This document shows positions 1 to 9,865 of a stretch of DNA of 64,000 bases, one piece after another; position 1 is the first letter of the stretch; every line of letters begins with the position of its first letter. The position numbers and the translations under genes were made by a program. The notes under the pieces are model-generated. The model had not been told where the DNA came from. It did no database searches and saw nothing but the letters and a program-made list of their open reading frames with translations. Source of the DNA: Candidatus Latescibacterota bacterium (GTDB lineage: Bacteria; Latescibacterota; UBA2968; GCA-2709665); NCBI GenBank assembly GCA_965222075.1, contig OZ244937.1, positions 3,008,001-3,072,000 of the forward strand. The letters run 5' to 3'.

Positions 1-363
1 GTCCGAAGCAAAATACAGCCGGTCACCCCAGTCGAACCCCACCCATTTGATGTCCTCCTTCATAGACTCCACATATTCTGTTTCTTCCCTCACCGGGTTG
101 GTATCGTCAAAACGCAAATTGCAGATTCCGCCGAACGCTTCCGCCACACCAAAATTCAGGCAAAACCCAAAGGCATTGCCAATATGCAAATACCCGTTCG
201 GCTCCGGCGGAAATCGGGTCACAATACGGCCGTGTTTCCCTGTCTTCAGGTCTTCCCGGATAATATCCCGGATAAAATCAGACGGCGCGTCTTCGCCTGC
301 CTGCCGAGCAGATCTCGGCGCAGGCAGGCCCGCTTCCACGTTCTTCTCTTCTACCTGTTCCAT
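1..363 (-). CDS. glnS: Glutaminyl-tRNA synthetase, N-terminal part (runs off window)
   Basis: Manual translation of the minus strand from ATG 363: [10 protein letters not shown]...[45 protein letters not shown]...[41 protein letters not shown]; not in the ORF track. Confidence 0.95.
   Translation of the reverse strand, partial: MEQVEEKNVEAGLPAPRSARQAGEDAPSDFIRDIIREDLKTGKHGRIVTRFPPEPNGYLHIGNAFGFCLNFGVAEAFGGICNLRFDDTNPVREETEYVESMKEDIKWVGFDWGDRLYFASD
296..328. repeat. 33-bp CCTG...CAGG hairpin element inserted in frame in glnS
   Basis: cctgcctgccgagcagatctcggcgcaggcagg; removal leaves [12 protein letters not shown] in frame. Confidence 0.8.
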
Positions 364-573
364 AAGCGTCGCCTCGCGTGAATACAACCGAATCCGTCGA
401 AGCAATATGCCTCTCATCGTTATTGGACAGAAGCCTGAAAAACCGCCAGTTATCGAGAAAACGCCTCACCCAATTATATCAAACAAGCACGGTATGATCA
501 AGAAATTCTTGAGCACGGCCCTCTACTGCAATCCAACATGGCCTGCCTGACACACACAAAGGAAGCCACAGAA

Positions 574-3500
574 TTACGAAGTTCCATCCCTCCAGAAAAA
601 GAGACTGCTTCGTTCCCGGCAGAACTCATAAAATGCCTTAAAACACCTGTTGGCCTTCAAGTCCTCCTCCATTTGAGGCACGGTTGAGAAAAACATCCGG
701 CTTCCCACCACAATCAGCTTCTGTCTTGCGCGTGTGATTGCCACGTTGAAACGGTTCGGATTGTTCAGAAAATGGCTCGTGATATGATCCGGATCGGATG
801 CCGTAAATGCGAACAGGATCACATCCCGTTCGGCCCCCTGAACGCGCTCTACAGTATCGATCAGGGGAAGCGTCTCGCCCACGAGCAACCTCCCAAGCCG
901 GTCTGCGGTGGCGTTGTTCTGCGCTCGATGTGGGGAAATCAAGGCCAGTTGATCTGCGGTCAAACCGTATCTGCTCATCAGCCGATAGGCAAGTTCAGTC
1001 ACAATTTCAACTTCCGGATCCGACTTCTGGTGGCACCCCCGATGATCCACCACCAGGAGTGAGACCGGTTTTTCAGGGTCAAGAACGCAATCCAACAAAT
1101 CGTTCTGTCGGGGGTCACTTAAAACAAGCCGGCTATGGGCGTTGTCAGCCGCGGCGACAAGCGTCCCGTCGTACCAGGTCCGGCTTGGAAAAGCACACAG
1201 CTCCTCATTCATCCGATAGGTCTGATCCAGCCGGACACGGCATGCCGGACCATAACAATCCAGAAGATGGGAAAGGACCGACCGATGCGCGTCGAACGTC
1301 GCGCCTGCATCCTCACCGTAGTCTCCCAGAACCACGGGCGGCAGCTGTTTCACATCGCCGTAAAAGAGAACTTTTCCCTTTCCATAAATCAGGCTCAGAA
1401 GCGCCTGGGGGATGAGCACCTGAGAAGCCTCATCGAAAACAACCCGGTCAAACACCTGGGGAAAGGCGCCTTTGCGTCCCTCAAACATCTGATAAAGCCC
1501 AAACCCCGTAGCACCCAGAATCACATAAGGATATTCCGCAAGCGCTTCCACACTGTCCAGGGGTTCTACGCGCCAGCCGCCTTCTACCGCCGGGTCTTCC
1601 CCTTCCCAGCGTCCCCACTTCAGACACTTCCCCGGAAAGTCCTGCAAGCCGTGCTGTCTGACCAGTGTCACCACCTTTTGCAGCACCTGGTCAATGGCCT
1701 GATGCGTCAATGCGCTCACCACAATACGCAGCGGCACCCCCACCTCCCGGGCTTGTTGAATGAGGGCGATCAACGTCCAGCCCAGCAAATGCGTCTTACC
1801 CGTTCCCGGCGGCCCCTCAATCAAGCTCACGCGGTACTGGAAAGGAAGGGCCAGCGCCTGCTGCTGCGTCGGGTTGAGTCCCGATACCGGCCCAAACGCA
1901 CCCAGCCAGTTCTGCGCCCAGCGCAGCCCTTCGGGGTCCTGGTCTGTGGACCACCCGCCCGAAAACAGCTTCGACAGCGGATGGGGGCGGTCCGCAGAAA
2001 AAACCGTCCGAACCGCGTGGACCAGCTTTGGACCGTTCCAGTCGGTCACGTCCTCCTCTAAGGAACAGACCAGCCGCCGATTCAGGGCCAGCCGCCCCTG
2101 TCGGGAATGCACCCACACCCGACCGGCATTCCGATCGTCCGCAGCCAGAATAACGGGAAAGCCGCTTTGAAGATCGGGCGTGCCGACCGGTGCAAGTTTA
2201 AGAAAATCGCCCTCACGAAATTTTGAAACCCCGGCCTCCGGATCGGTCTCAAACCCGTAAAGAAAACGGCCTTCGTCGTCAAGCGCCGTCTCCTGAAAAC
2301 GCAGCGGACCCATGGCCCGGAAGCGCTCCACGCGTTCTTCTAAAGTATATGCCTGCAGGGTGAGAATATCCTCTTCTCGAAGTCGCTTTTCCTCCTCTAA
2401 AAAATTCAAATACGGCGTCTCCGGCGCGTAGACCACACCGGGCACCACCTCCCAGCCCCTCTGTTCCCACTCGCTCTCCAGATGCGAAGACGCCCATCGC
2501 CAGACCCCCGCCTGAAGGGTCAGAATAGCGTCCACGCGTTCGGCCATCTCCCTCCGCTGACCTTCGTTCCGCGCCCATTCTTCGGGCAAAACACAGGGGG
2601 CGTCATCTGCATGGAACAGACTCTCCGGCTCACGCAGTTCCGGCTTCAGCCCCAGCAGGCGTCCAAGGGAAAAAAGCGTCAAATTACCGGGCGCGGGGAG
2701 GTCGAAATGCGCCCCAACCAGCCGCCGCAGGTCGGTCCGGTGGGTGCGTTCGTGCGCCCACAGGAAGGCCAGCTCTGTCGCCTCGCCCCACACCTGGAGC
2801 GCCTGCCAGCACCGCTCCCCAAAATGAAACACGTGCGGCCCCTGTCCTCCTTCAACGCTTTCTTCCCACACCTTCAAAAATCGCTCTGTAAAAGCCTGCA
2901 ACACCTGCGGCAGTTCACCCTCCGATGCGTCAACCCAGACCTGGCCGTCTACAACGGTCCCCCCCCGCAACGCCCGCCAGCCTGCACCGCGCGGCAACCC
3001 CGAAATCGGGTCTTCAATCAGATGGATGAAAATGGCCGTTGAAAGGTTATCCGGAAAAAGCCGGGTCTTCCGTTCCCGAAGGCCAATCCGGTTTGTTCTC
3101 AGAGCCGTAAGACGGCCCTCCAGCAGTTCTCGCTGGTGCGGGCTGAAAAGATCGCCCTCGACCGGTTCTTGAGACGGTCGTTCAAACCACGCACCGGCTG
3201 CCTCTACGGTCTTCAGCCCAAGCGCCCGAAACTTCTGCAAAGCGCCCGCAGTCAATTGCGGCAGAAACAGCACGTCTTCTACCCCGAGCGCCTCCCGGTA
3301 ACAATGCTCAAAATTGGGACAGGTCGTGCAGTGGGTCCGGAGCCGATAGGTCGCTTCCGAAGGCGCCTTCAGCAAAACCTCGCCCACATTTCGAAAGAGC
3401 ATGGGAAACGCGGCCAGATAAGGCTGGAGATCAAACCTGTGCTGCTCGGGCGCCTCAGTCCGTAGGCGTGGACGCAGCATCAGAAAACCCGAAGCGGCAA

Positions 3501-6369
3501 CCTCGGCCTGCACCTGTGGGCGAATCAACGCCTTCAGCATCAGGGCGTAAAACGCCACCTGCCATTTCTGGCTGTCATAGGGCATCCGACTATCCTTGAT
3601 ATCCCCCACCTCTATCAGCGGCCCCCGATCCCCCATCGAAACCCGGATGAGATCGGGAATACCAACCCCGTCTACGCCGCACAGCCAATCGTCTTCCCGG
3701 CCCAGCACGGATGGCAGGATCAGGACGGCCTGAGCGAGCACAAACGACCGGTCCGGCTCCGATTCGACTCTGTGGACCAGGCATTTCAGCTGTTCTAAAG
3801 ACGCTTCAAACCGCGCCTTCAGGGAATGCCTCCGGCCATCGGCATCGATCTCCTCCACAACGGACAGCGCCTCTCCACTATCCCGGATGTGGTCCAGCAC
3901 TCGCCGCTCGTGCAGCCTTCCCCGCTCCATCCGCAGCGCTCCTGAATCCGTATCTCCCCCTCGCCATTCGGGGGGACGCTGGTCGGGCGGCATAAAATTG
4001 AGACTCAGCCACCGTTCACACTGCTGATGCCCAAGATAGGCCCCTACCATCGTCCCGGTAAGCGTCCGCGGCCGGTGCCGCGCATCCGGTCCAAACGCGA
4101 ACACATCCTGTTTTACGCCAATGCCCCACCGCTGCTTTTCTCCTGTCAACAGGGCATCTACCCCAGGCGCCGTATCAAACAGAACCGGCGTGCGCCGCTC
4201 CGCTTCTTGCACCTCCTGTTCAAGTACGGTGGGATCTCCTGAAACCACCTCCGAAGATCGGTCTGAATACCGGCGAAAAACCTCCGCGATCCGGCAATCA
4301 AAAAGAAAATCCGTCAGTTCCTCCACCAGCAACGCACGTGGCAAAACCGCACAGAAGGCATTCAACGGAAACAGCCCGCACAGGGCTTCCAGGTGCCGCT
4401 CTGTCCACCGGGAAAACGCCTCTTTCTCTGTGGGCAGAGAAAGGGTTTGGAAATCAATCCGATGTGAACAGTCGATCCCAACCTCATCGGAGACCACGGT
4501 AAGATCCTCCGGACGAGGACTTAAGTCGTGTTCAACCGTCCACTGAAGCACCAGATTGCCCACAGATCCGAGATAAGTCCAATAGCGGTAAAGCCCTCCC
4601 ACCCCGCGTCCAACCTCAATACCGTTATCCAGCACCACCCTTCGCCCGGCGCGATCCAGTGCGGTCTCCAACAGCCTCCGGGTGCGGGCAAACAGCCCCG
4701 GCGCCTGCGCTTCGGCGCCTGCCCGGAACACCTCCCGAATCGATTGGGCCACTTCGTAGGAAATCCGGAAGCCGGCGCCCAGCCAGAAAAGCTCCTTCTC
4801 GTCTAACCGGTCCACGGGCCGCGCCACCACATGCCTCCGCTCTCCGGCCTCGATCTTCAGAACCTGAAGGCGCTTCCCTGCAAGCTGCACCCGATCTCCC
4901 GGTTCAAGCTGTCGGACAACCGATTTCGGAAGGTCCGCAATCGCCTCTCCCGAAAGCTCTAAGGTATAATCCACCTCGGCTTCGGGGAAATTGCTCCAGA
5001 TCCGTCGTTCCAGAAAACAATCCCGGTAGCGCCGCCCGCCCCGGAAAAGGCCCCTGGTCCGGTCTTCCCGCAACCACCCCTGCCGGACCATCGAGGCAAA
5101 CAGAGGGTCAATGGCCTCCCGACGATCCGGAAACAGCGCCTGAAGAGCCGACAGGGAAATCCGCTTTTTCTCGTACAAACAGGAAAGGACCTGCTGGACC
5201 AGCACGCTGGGCAAGTCTCGGGGCTGGGGAGACTCAACGATGCCCTGCCGGGCCAGACGCAGTAGCCCCAAAAACCGAAAAAGCTGCGCCTCGGCCTCCT
5301 CTCCCCGGCAGATTCCCCAGAAGTGTGTGCAAGCCTCCCGGCGGTTGGACCGGCCGATGCGCTGGAGAAAGGCCGACGCCGAATCGGGCGGCTCGTAAAG
5401 CAGCACGCCGTCCACATCGCCGATATCGATGCCCAGTTCAAGCGTGCTTGTCGCAATACAGAGCGCGTGTGCACGGCGTCGAAACCGGTGCTCCACCCCC
5501 CGGCGTTCTTTCGACTTTAAATTGGAGTAGTGCAACTCGGTAACGCCCTGAAAACGCCCGTGGTGGCTTAAAAGCGAAAACAGCCGGTCGCAGCAGCTCC
5601 GGCTGTTGGCAAACACCAAAACCTTCCGGTAATCCCATACGTCGTAAAGATCGTCCAGCAGAGCGACGAGTTCGTGCTCATCGTTTTTCAGGTGAACGAA
5701 GTGGGGCGCAATCTCCCGCTGAACGGGCTCGGTTAACCGAACCGCATCGTCCCCAAACCCAAAAAATCGTACCACCGCATCCACGTCGGCAATCGTAGCC
5801 GAAAGGGCAACCTTCTGCACCGGCCCGGCCGTGCGGCGCTCTAAGCGCTGCAGCAAATAGGCCAGTTGTCGCCCCCGATAGCGATAAATCAGCGGATGCA
5901 CCTCGTCGATAATCACCGTACCGATGCGCTGTACAAAACCCCTCAGATCCGCGTTGGAGCTGCCCAGCGTGACATCCAAAGACTCGGGCGTCGTCAGCAG
6001 CAGATCCGGGCGCGCCCCACCGGCCCGCTTGAGATCCCCGGTGCGCACCCCCATCCGCAGGCCCAGCCGTTCGGCCAGAACCGGCGCCAGACGCCGCTCT
6101 AAGTCCACGGCTAAGGCCCGGGTGGGGACCACGTAAAGAACCGCCTGTTCTCGTCCCGATTGAATCACCCGTTCCATGCAGGGCGCCAGCACCGCCTCGG
6201 TCTTTCCCGACCCGGTTGCCGACTGCACAATCAGGTCTTTGCCCTCAAGCAGAGGTTCGATTGCCCGTTTCTGAATAGGATAAAGATAGGGAAAAGACCC
6301 GTAAAACGCCCGGTAAGTGTTGGGAAGTTGAAGGAGGGAGGAGGTTGAATCGTGGAGGAGAGGGGACAT
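574..6369 (-). CDS. Fusion: Lhr-like DEVH SF2 helicase + Fe-S PD-(D/E)xK (RecB/Cas4/TM0106-like) nuclease + Upf1/Dna2-like SF1 helicase
   Basis: SF2 motifs SATGSGKT, DEVH, SAT, TSTLELGIDIG, QRIGRSNR; nuclease C..., GIPD, DIK, QVAFY, CTTCPNFEHC; SF1 motifs GPPGTGKT, DEASQ, GDVKQLPP, YRM, VQGAERD, NVAITRAR. Confidence 0.9.
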   Translation of the reverse strand: MSPLLHDSTSSLLQLPNTYRAFYGSFPYLYPIQKRAIEPLLEGKDLIVQSATGSGKTEAVLAPCMERVIQSGREQAVLYVVPTRALAVDLERRLAPVLAERLGLRMGVRTGDLKRAGGARPDLLLTTPESLDVTLGSSNADLRGFVQRIGTVIIDEVHPLIYRYRGRQLAYLLQRLERRTAGPVQKVALSATIADVDAVVRFFGFGDDAVRLTEPVQREIAPHFVHLKNDEHELVALLDDLYDVWDYRKVLVFANSRSCCDRLFSLLSHHGRFQGVTELHYSNLKSKERRGVEHRFRRRAHALCIATSTLELGIDIGDVDGVLLYEPPDSASAFLQRIGRSNRREACTHFWGICRGEEAEAQLFRFLGLLRLARQGIVESPQPRDLPSVLVQQVLSCLYEKKRISLSALQALFPDRREAIDPLFASMVRQGWLREDRTRGLFRGGRRYRDCFLERRIWSNFPEAEVDYTLELSGEAIADLPKSVVRQLEPGDRVQLAGKRLQVLKIEAGERRHVVARPVDRLDEKELFWLGAGFRISYEVAQSIREVFRAGAEAQAPGLFARTRRLLETALDRAGRRVVLDNGIEVGRGVGGLYRYWTYLGSVGNLVLQWTVEHDLSPRPEDLTVVSDEVGIDCSHRIDFQTLSLPTEKEAFSRWTERHLEALCGLFPLNAFCAVLPRALLVEELTDFLFDCRIAEVFRRYSDRSSEVVSGDPTVLEQEVQEAERRTPVLFDTAPGVDALLTGEKQRWGIGVKQDVFAFGPDARHRPRTLTGTMVGAYLGHQQCERWLSLNFMPPDQRPPEWRGGDTDSGALRMERGRLHERRVLDHIRDSGEALSVVEEIDADGRRHSLKARFEASLEQLKCLVHRVESEPDRSFVLAQAVLILPSVLGREDDWLCGVDGVGIPDLIRVSMGDRGPLIEVGDIKDSRMPYDSQKWQVAFYALMLKALIRPQVQAEVAASGFLMLRPRLRTEAPEQHRFDLQPYLAAFPMLFRNVGEVLLKAPSEATYRLRTHCTTCPNFEHCYREALGVEDVLFLPQLTAGALQKFRALGLKTVEAAGAWFERPSQEPVEGDLFSPHQRELLEGRLTALRTNRIGLRERKTRLFPDNLSTAIFIHLIEDPISGLPRGAGWRALRGGTVVDGQVWVDASEGELPQVLQAFTERFLKVWEESVEGGQGPHVFHFGERCWQALQVWGEATELAFLWAHERTHRTDLRRLVGAHFDLPAPGNLTLFSLGRLLGLKPELREPESLFHADDAPCVLPEEWARNEGQRREMAERVDAILTLQAGVWRWASSHLESEWEQRGWEVVPGVVYAPETPYLNFLEEEKRLREEDILTLQAYTLEERVERFRAMGPLRFQETALDDEGRFLYGFETDPEAGVSKFREGDFLKLAPVGTPDLQSGFPVILAADDRNAGRVWVHSRQGRLALNRRLVCSLEEDVTDWNGPKLVHAVRTVFSADRPHPLSKLFSGGWSTDQDPEGLRWAQNWLGAFGPVSGLNPTQQQALALPFQYRVSLIEGPPGTGKTHLLGWTLIALIQQAREVGVPLRIVVSALTHQAIDQVLQKVVTLVRQHGLQDFPGKCLKWGRWEGEDPAVEGGWRVEPLDSVEALAEYPYVILGATGFGLYQMFEGRKGAFPQVFDRVVFDEASQVLIPQALLSLIYGKGKVLFYGDVKQLPPVVLGDYGEDAGATFDAHRSVLSHLLDCYGPACRVRLDQTYRMNEELCAFPSRTWYDGTLVAAADNAHSRLVLSDPRQNDLLDCVLDPEKPVSLLVVDHRGCHQKSDPEVEIVTELAYRLMSRYGLTADQLALISPHRAQNNATADRLGRLLVGETLPLIDTVERVQGAERDVILFAFTASDPDHITSHFLNNPNRFNVAITRARQKLIVVGSRMFFSTVPQMEEDLKANRCFKAFYEFCRERSSLFFWRDGTS

Positions 6370-6394
6370 GATAAGGGCTCGGAATGATGTGCGG

Positions 6395-7618
6395 CTACAA
6401 CACCCGTTCTTGATGCACCAGGTCCAGCTGGTCCACCAGCGCCTTCAGCTTGTAGCGGGTCTCCTGGCCCTGCATCTCGGCCAATCGTTCGGCCATCTCT
6501 TTGCGCACCCGTGCCGGCGGCGGCCGCCACTGGTAGGCCCTGCCGTGGAGGTGCATCAGTTTTCCGGCCAGTTCATCCCATTCCCGCCCGGATAGATCCT
6601 GTAACCGATAGCGCATCAGGCCTTTCCAGGTATCGGCATAATCCTTTTCAAAATAGGGCATTTCCAGGTCGCCCCGAACCTTCACCCGGTCGTATTCCTC
6701 TTCCTCTACCTTCTGAAAAAAGTCGTCCGTAAAAGCGAAAATCGGATAAAGATAACGAACCGTTGCCTCGGGGACAAACATCCGATCCAGGATCTGGTAA
6801 CTCCGGCTGCGGGCCGTAATACGCACCTGCGAGATCGATTCCCCCTCGTCAAACAGCAGCACCCACCCCCGGTACCCCATCTTCCGAAAAAGCCGGGCCA
6901 GCCCCCGGACCATCTGAAGATAAGGCTCGGCGCCCCGACAGGTCAGCGACGCCTGCATGTAGAAATCGACCTGCCGGTACTTGAGCGCGTGCCGCAGCCG
7001 GAAGACCGGCGCCACATCGCCTGCAAGCGCCCGGGAAAGCAGATAGGGAAATTCCCTTGGCCGGTACGACGCGTGTTTTTTGGTCTTCCGCTGCCGCCTG
7101 GAAAGCAAAACCGTCTTCTGCGCAATCCCCACCAGCACCGACCGGAACAGGTGGGGCATTTCCTCCGGCAGGAGGTCAACCACCCCGTTCTCAACCCCCT
7201 CGCCCGTCTGCCCCTCGGCCCACGTTCGCCACTGTGCAATCAACGACGCCCCGGTTCCCGGAAACCGCAGATTGGCCATCAGCGCCCGGTAAGTCTGCCG
7301 AAAATCGTGGAAGGCAACCTCCCGGGGATCCAGGTTGATCATACTGGTTACGAAATTTTCCCTCAGCGCCCGGCCCTGGATATAGGTCAAACTGTGCGAT
7401 TTCCCCTGCCCGTAGGCCCCGCAGATGCACAGGTGTGGGACCTTTCCTCGATCCAGCGCCTGGAACCCCCCGTCCACCGCCTGGTTCAGCCGCTCCTCGT
7501 GGGCCGTCAACAGCCGGACCGCCACCGGGTCGAACAGCCCCTCCCGCAGCCGTTCCACCGCGCGCCGCAAGTGAAAATCGGTCTCTCCGTCCAGCCTCTG
7601 AAAATCTCTCGTCCCCAT
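6395..7618 (-). CDS. BrxD/DUF2791-like P-loop ATPase (second copy)
   Basis: RRAVERLREG N-terminus, Walker A GAYGQGKS, Walker B VLLFDEGE; start reset to ATG 7618, which overlaps the upstream stop (TGATG). Confidence 0.85.
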   Translation of the reverse strand: MGTRDFQRLDGETDFHLRRAVERLREGLFDPVAVRLLTAHEERLNQAVDGGFQALDRGKVPHLCICGAYGQGKSHSLTYIQGRALRENFVTSMINLDPREVAFHDFRQTYRALMANLRFPGTGASLIAQWRTWAEGQTGEGVENGVVDLLPEEMPHLFRSVLVGIAQKTVLLSRRQRKTKKHASYRPREFPYLLSRALAGDVAPVFRLRHALKYRQVDFYMQASLTCRGAEPYLQMVRGLARLFRKMGYRGWVLLFDEGESISQVRITARSRSYQILDRMFVPEATVRYLYPIFAFTDDFFQKVEEEEYDRVKVRGDLEMPYFEKDYADTWKGLMRYRLQDLSGREWDELAGKLMHLHGRAYQWRPPPARVRKEMAERLAEMQGQETRYKLKALVDQLDLVHQERVL

Positions 7619-8922
7619 CACGCATCCCACTTCGGCTGAAGCTGCTCCACCTTCTCCTGCTCCATCTCCTGCTGGCTGGCCACAAGCTGCTCGCTCAGAT
7701 CCGCATCTTCGTCCGGAGGACTCCCCTGCTCGGCCATGTCCAGGAGGCGAATCACCTGTTTGATAAAAAGCCGAACTTCGCTTAAAAGCCCCATGCGCCT
7801 CTGGACAGCGCACACTTTTTTCATCAGCGCTTCCCCGATCTGGCCCTTTGTCTCCCACCTGTAAGCCAGCTCATGGATGCGGCACAGGCACAGCCCCAGT
7901 TCGAGCAGCTCTTTGGTCTCCAAAGGCGTCCTGTGCAAATCGATCAGCACGCTGCGGTAATTCAGTCGTTTGCCTTCGCCAATGGAGCGCACCCGACTCC
8001 AGAGCGCATCGTAAGACTTAAACCCCTTTTCCGAGAGGATCACATCGGGGATAATAGACATGAAAATGTGCAGGTAGGCCGCCTGCTCGGCATTGTCGAT
8101 CAGCAGCCGGACGTTCTCATAGGACGCATTGCGGATGGATGTCGATTGGGCAATCACCGTCTCTAACTCGTCCATCAGCAGAATCAGCCCCCTGTACCCC
8201 AAATGGTGCAAAAACGCAATCAAAGACCCCATAAAACGCTTGCTGTTGGTCTTGTCCAAAGCTTCAAAAATCTGGAACGGCTTTAACTCCCGCTTGCTTA
8301 CCCGCGCCCCTTCAAACCACTGGTAGAGCACTTCGCGCCCCTCAAGCCGGTCGCCTTCGGCCTCGCCCTCTTCCAGGGGTCTGAGTTGATTGTCCGCCAG
8401 CCCCATCAGCGCGTTGGCAAAATTGAGGTCCATCCCCGGAAGCGCGCGCAGAGATTCACCCAATGACGCCAGCCGCTCCTCAAGCGGAGGGCCCTCTTTT
8501 GTCGTCAGATCGGCCTTCAAGCTTTCTGTCCAGCCGTTGACCATCTGCCGGATACCCGTGCCTTCAAAAGTCCCGCAGAGTTGCCGGGCAATGGACTGGT
8601 AGACCACCTCGAATTTGTGGATGGGCACTTCGCGGGTGAGCACCACAAAGGATACCGCGAACGCCTTTTGCAGGGAAAGGTGTCGAACAATCGACATAAA
8701 ATGCGTCTTGCCGTCGCCGTAGTCCCCGTTGATAAAACGGACCTTGGCCCCGCCCTCCGCAATATAGTTATCTAAATCCTCTTCAATAAACTTCAGCCAG
8801 TTCTGGCGGCCCACCGTGAAAAACGGCACATGCTCGATCGGCACACTGCCCTTCCGGAGGTCTTCGATAATCGCCCGGGCCTCAAAGGGCTTCAACCTTT
8901 CCAGTTCTTCTCTGTGAGTCAT
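7618..8922 (-). CDS. BrxD/DUF2791-like P-loop ATPase (first copy)
   Basis: ARAIIEDLRKGSVP, GRQ, Walker A GDYGDGKTH, Walker B LILLMDELE, GFKSYDALWSRV. Confidence 0.88.
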   Translation of the reverse strand: MTHREELERLKPFEARAIIEDLRKGSVPIEHVPFFTVGRQNWLKFIEEDLDNYIAEGGAKVRFINGDYGDGKTHFMSIVRHLSLQKAFAVSFVVLTREVPIHKFEVVYQSIARQLCGTFEGTGIRQMVNGWTESLKADLTTKEGPPLEERLASLGESLRALPGMDLNFANALMGLADNQLRPLEEGEAEGDRLEGREVLYQWFEGARVSKRELKPFQIFEALDKTNSKRFMGSLIAFLHHLGYRGLILLMDELETVIAQSTSIRNASYENVRLLIDNAEQAAYLHIFMSIIPDVILSEKGFKSYDALWSRVRSIGEGKRLNYRSVLIDLHRTPLETKELLELGLCLCRIHELAYRWETKGQIGEALMKKVCAVQRRMGLLSEVRLFIKQVIRLLDMAEQGSPPDEDADLSEQLVASQQEMEQEKVEQLQPKWDA

Positions 8923-8942
8923 CGCTTACGCCCCTTTCGTCC

Positions 8943-9776
8943 TTATTTCTGAAAAGCAATCGTCGTAATCTGCCGCCGTTCGCCATCGCTGTCGATCAGC
9001 CAGAGGGCGCGGTTGCGTCCCGATCTGATCTGTAAGGCGTACCCATCCGAAGTGCCCCCTGTGTAGGCCTGAAAATAGCGCCAGAGGTCTACGGCGAACT
9101 GATCTAAGCTGTAGCCCCGGAACTTTCCCTTGTCCATATCCTGAAAAAAAGACTTGCTCTGAAGCGAAATCACGTATTCGAGATAAAACTGCTGCATCGG
9201 AACGGTCTCCCCCGGTTCCCCCTGCGCTTTCTTGAGAATATCCACGTAGACCTGAAAAAGCCCGTCGATAAACGCCTGCGGGTCGTAGGGACGGTCGTAA
9301 AGCTGCTGCTTCACCCTGCGAACCGCCGTGATAATACGCCTCGGGTCAACCGACTTCAACGTCTTGTTGTTGATCACGGTCTTCCGCACGGTAAAATCGA
9401 CGTTTCCCTCAATACCCTTCAAAACGGTAAACCGGGGAAAGTCGATCTTCATCGGAAGCTCGGCCTCTTTTGCCTGCGCCTTCAAATCTTTGATGAACTG
9501 GATGCGATAAAGCTCCACCTGTTCGTTGGCATAACCGCGCAGCTGATCCAGCAATGCCTTGCAGGCCTTCAGACCGGTCTCCGCTTCCACATCGCCGGCC
9601 ATCTTAGACCTGAGCAGTTCGTCGAGTTGAAAAAAATCGTTCCGGTCGGCGCACCGGATGCACTGCCGCACAAAATCGGCCATCCGCTGACGCCGGTTCA
9701 GCCGCTGTTGATAGGGCCTGAGCACCTCCGACAGCCCCTCCTGCATCTCTTCAAGAAATTCTCCATCATTTGCCAT
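8943..9776 (-). CDS. Hypothetical protein (277 aa), first gene of the ATPase-helicase operon
   Basis: Likely start MANDGEF at 9776 with AGGA upstream; 20-bp gap to next gene; no recognisable catalytic motif. Confidence 0.8.
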   Translation of the reverse strand: MANDGEFLEEMQEGLSEVLRPYQQRLNRRQRMADFVRQCIRCADRNDFFQLDELLRSKMAGDVEAETGLKACKALLDQLRGYANEQVELYRIQFIKDLKAQAKEAELPMKIDFPRFTVLKGIEGNVDFTVRKTVINNKTLKSVDPRRIITAVRRVKQQLYDRPYDPQAFIDGLFQVYVDILKKAQGEPGETVPMQQFYLEYVISLQSKSFFQDMDKGKFRGYSLDQFAVDLWRYFQAYTGGTSDGYALQIRSGRNRALWLIDSDGERRQITTIAFQK

Positions 9777-9865
9777 TCGGGATTCCTGACGGTTTAAGGG
9801 GTGGACGGGACAACTGATATGGCACACAAAATAACACGCCCGGAATGGAAAAGCAAGGCATACGA

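Noticed and set aside
47-550. 167-aa plus-strand ORF
   Set aside because: Antisense shadow of glnS, which is on the minus strand
530-560. attL copy of the tRNA-Gln 3' end near glnS
   Set aside because: tggcctgcc is only a weak match to tggctgcccccc and fits a half hairpin element better
3300-4080. Cas4-like domain as evidence of CRISPR-Cas
   Set aside because: No cas1/cas2 and no repeat-spacer array in the window; the fold is shared with RecB/AddB/Dna2
574-9776. Calling the operon BREX or Shango
   Set aside because: No pglX, pglZ, brxC or recognisable TerB gene; two ATPases and a fused effector differ from both
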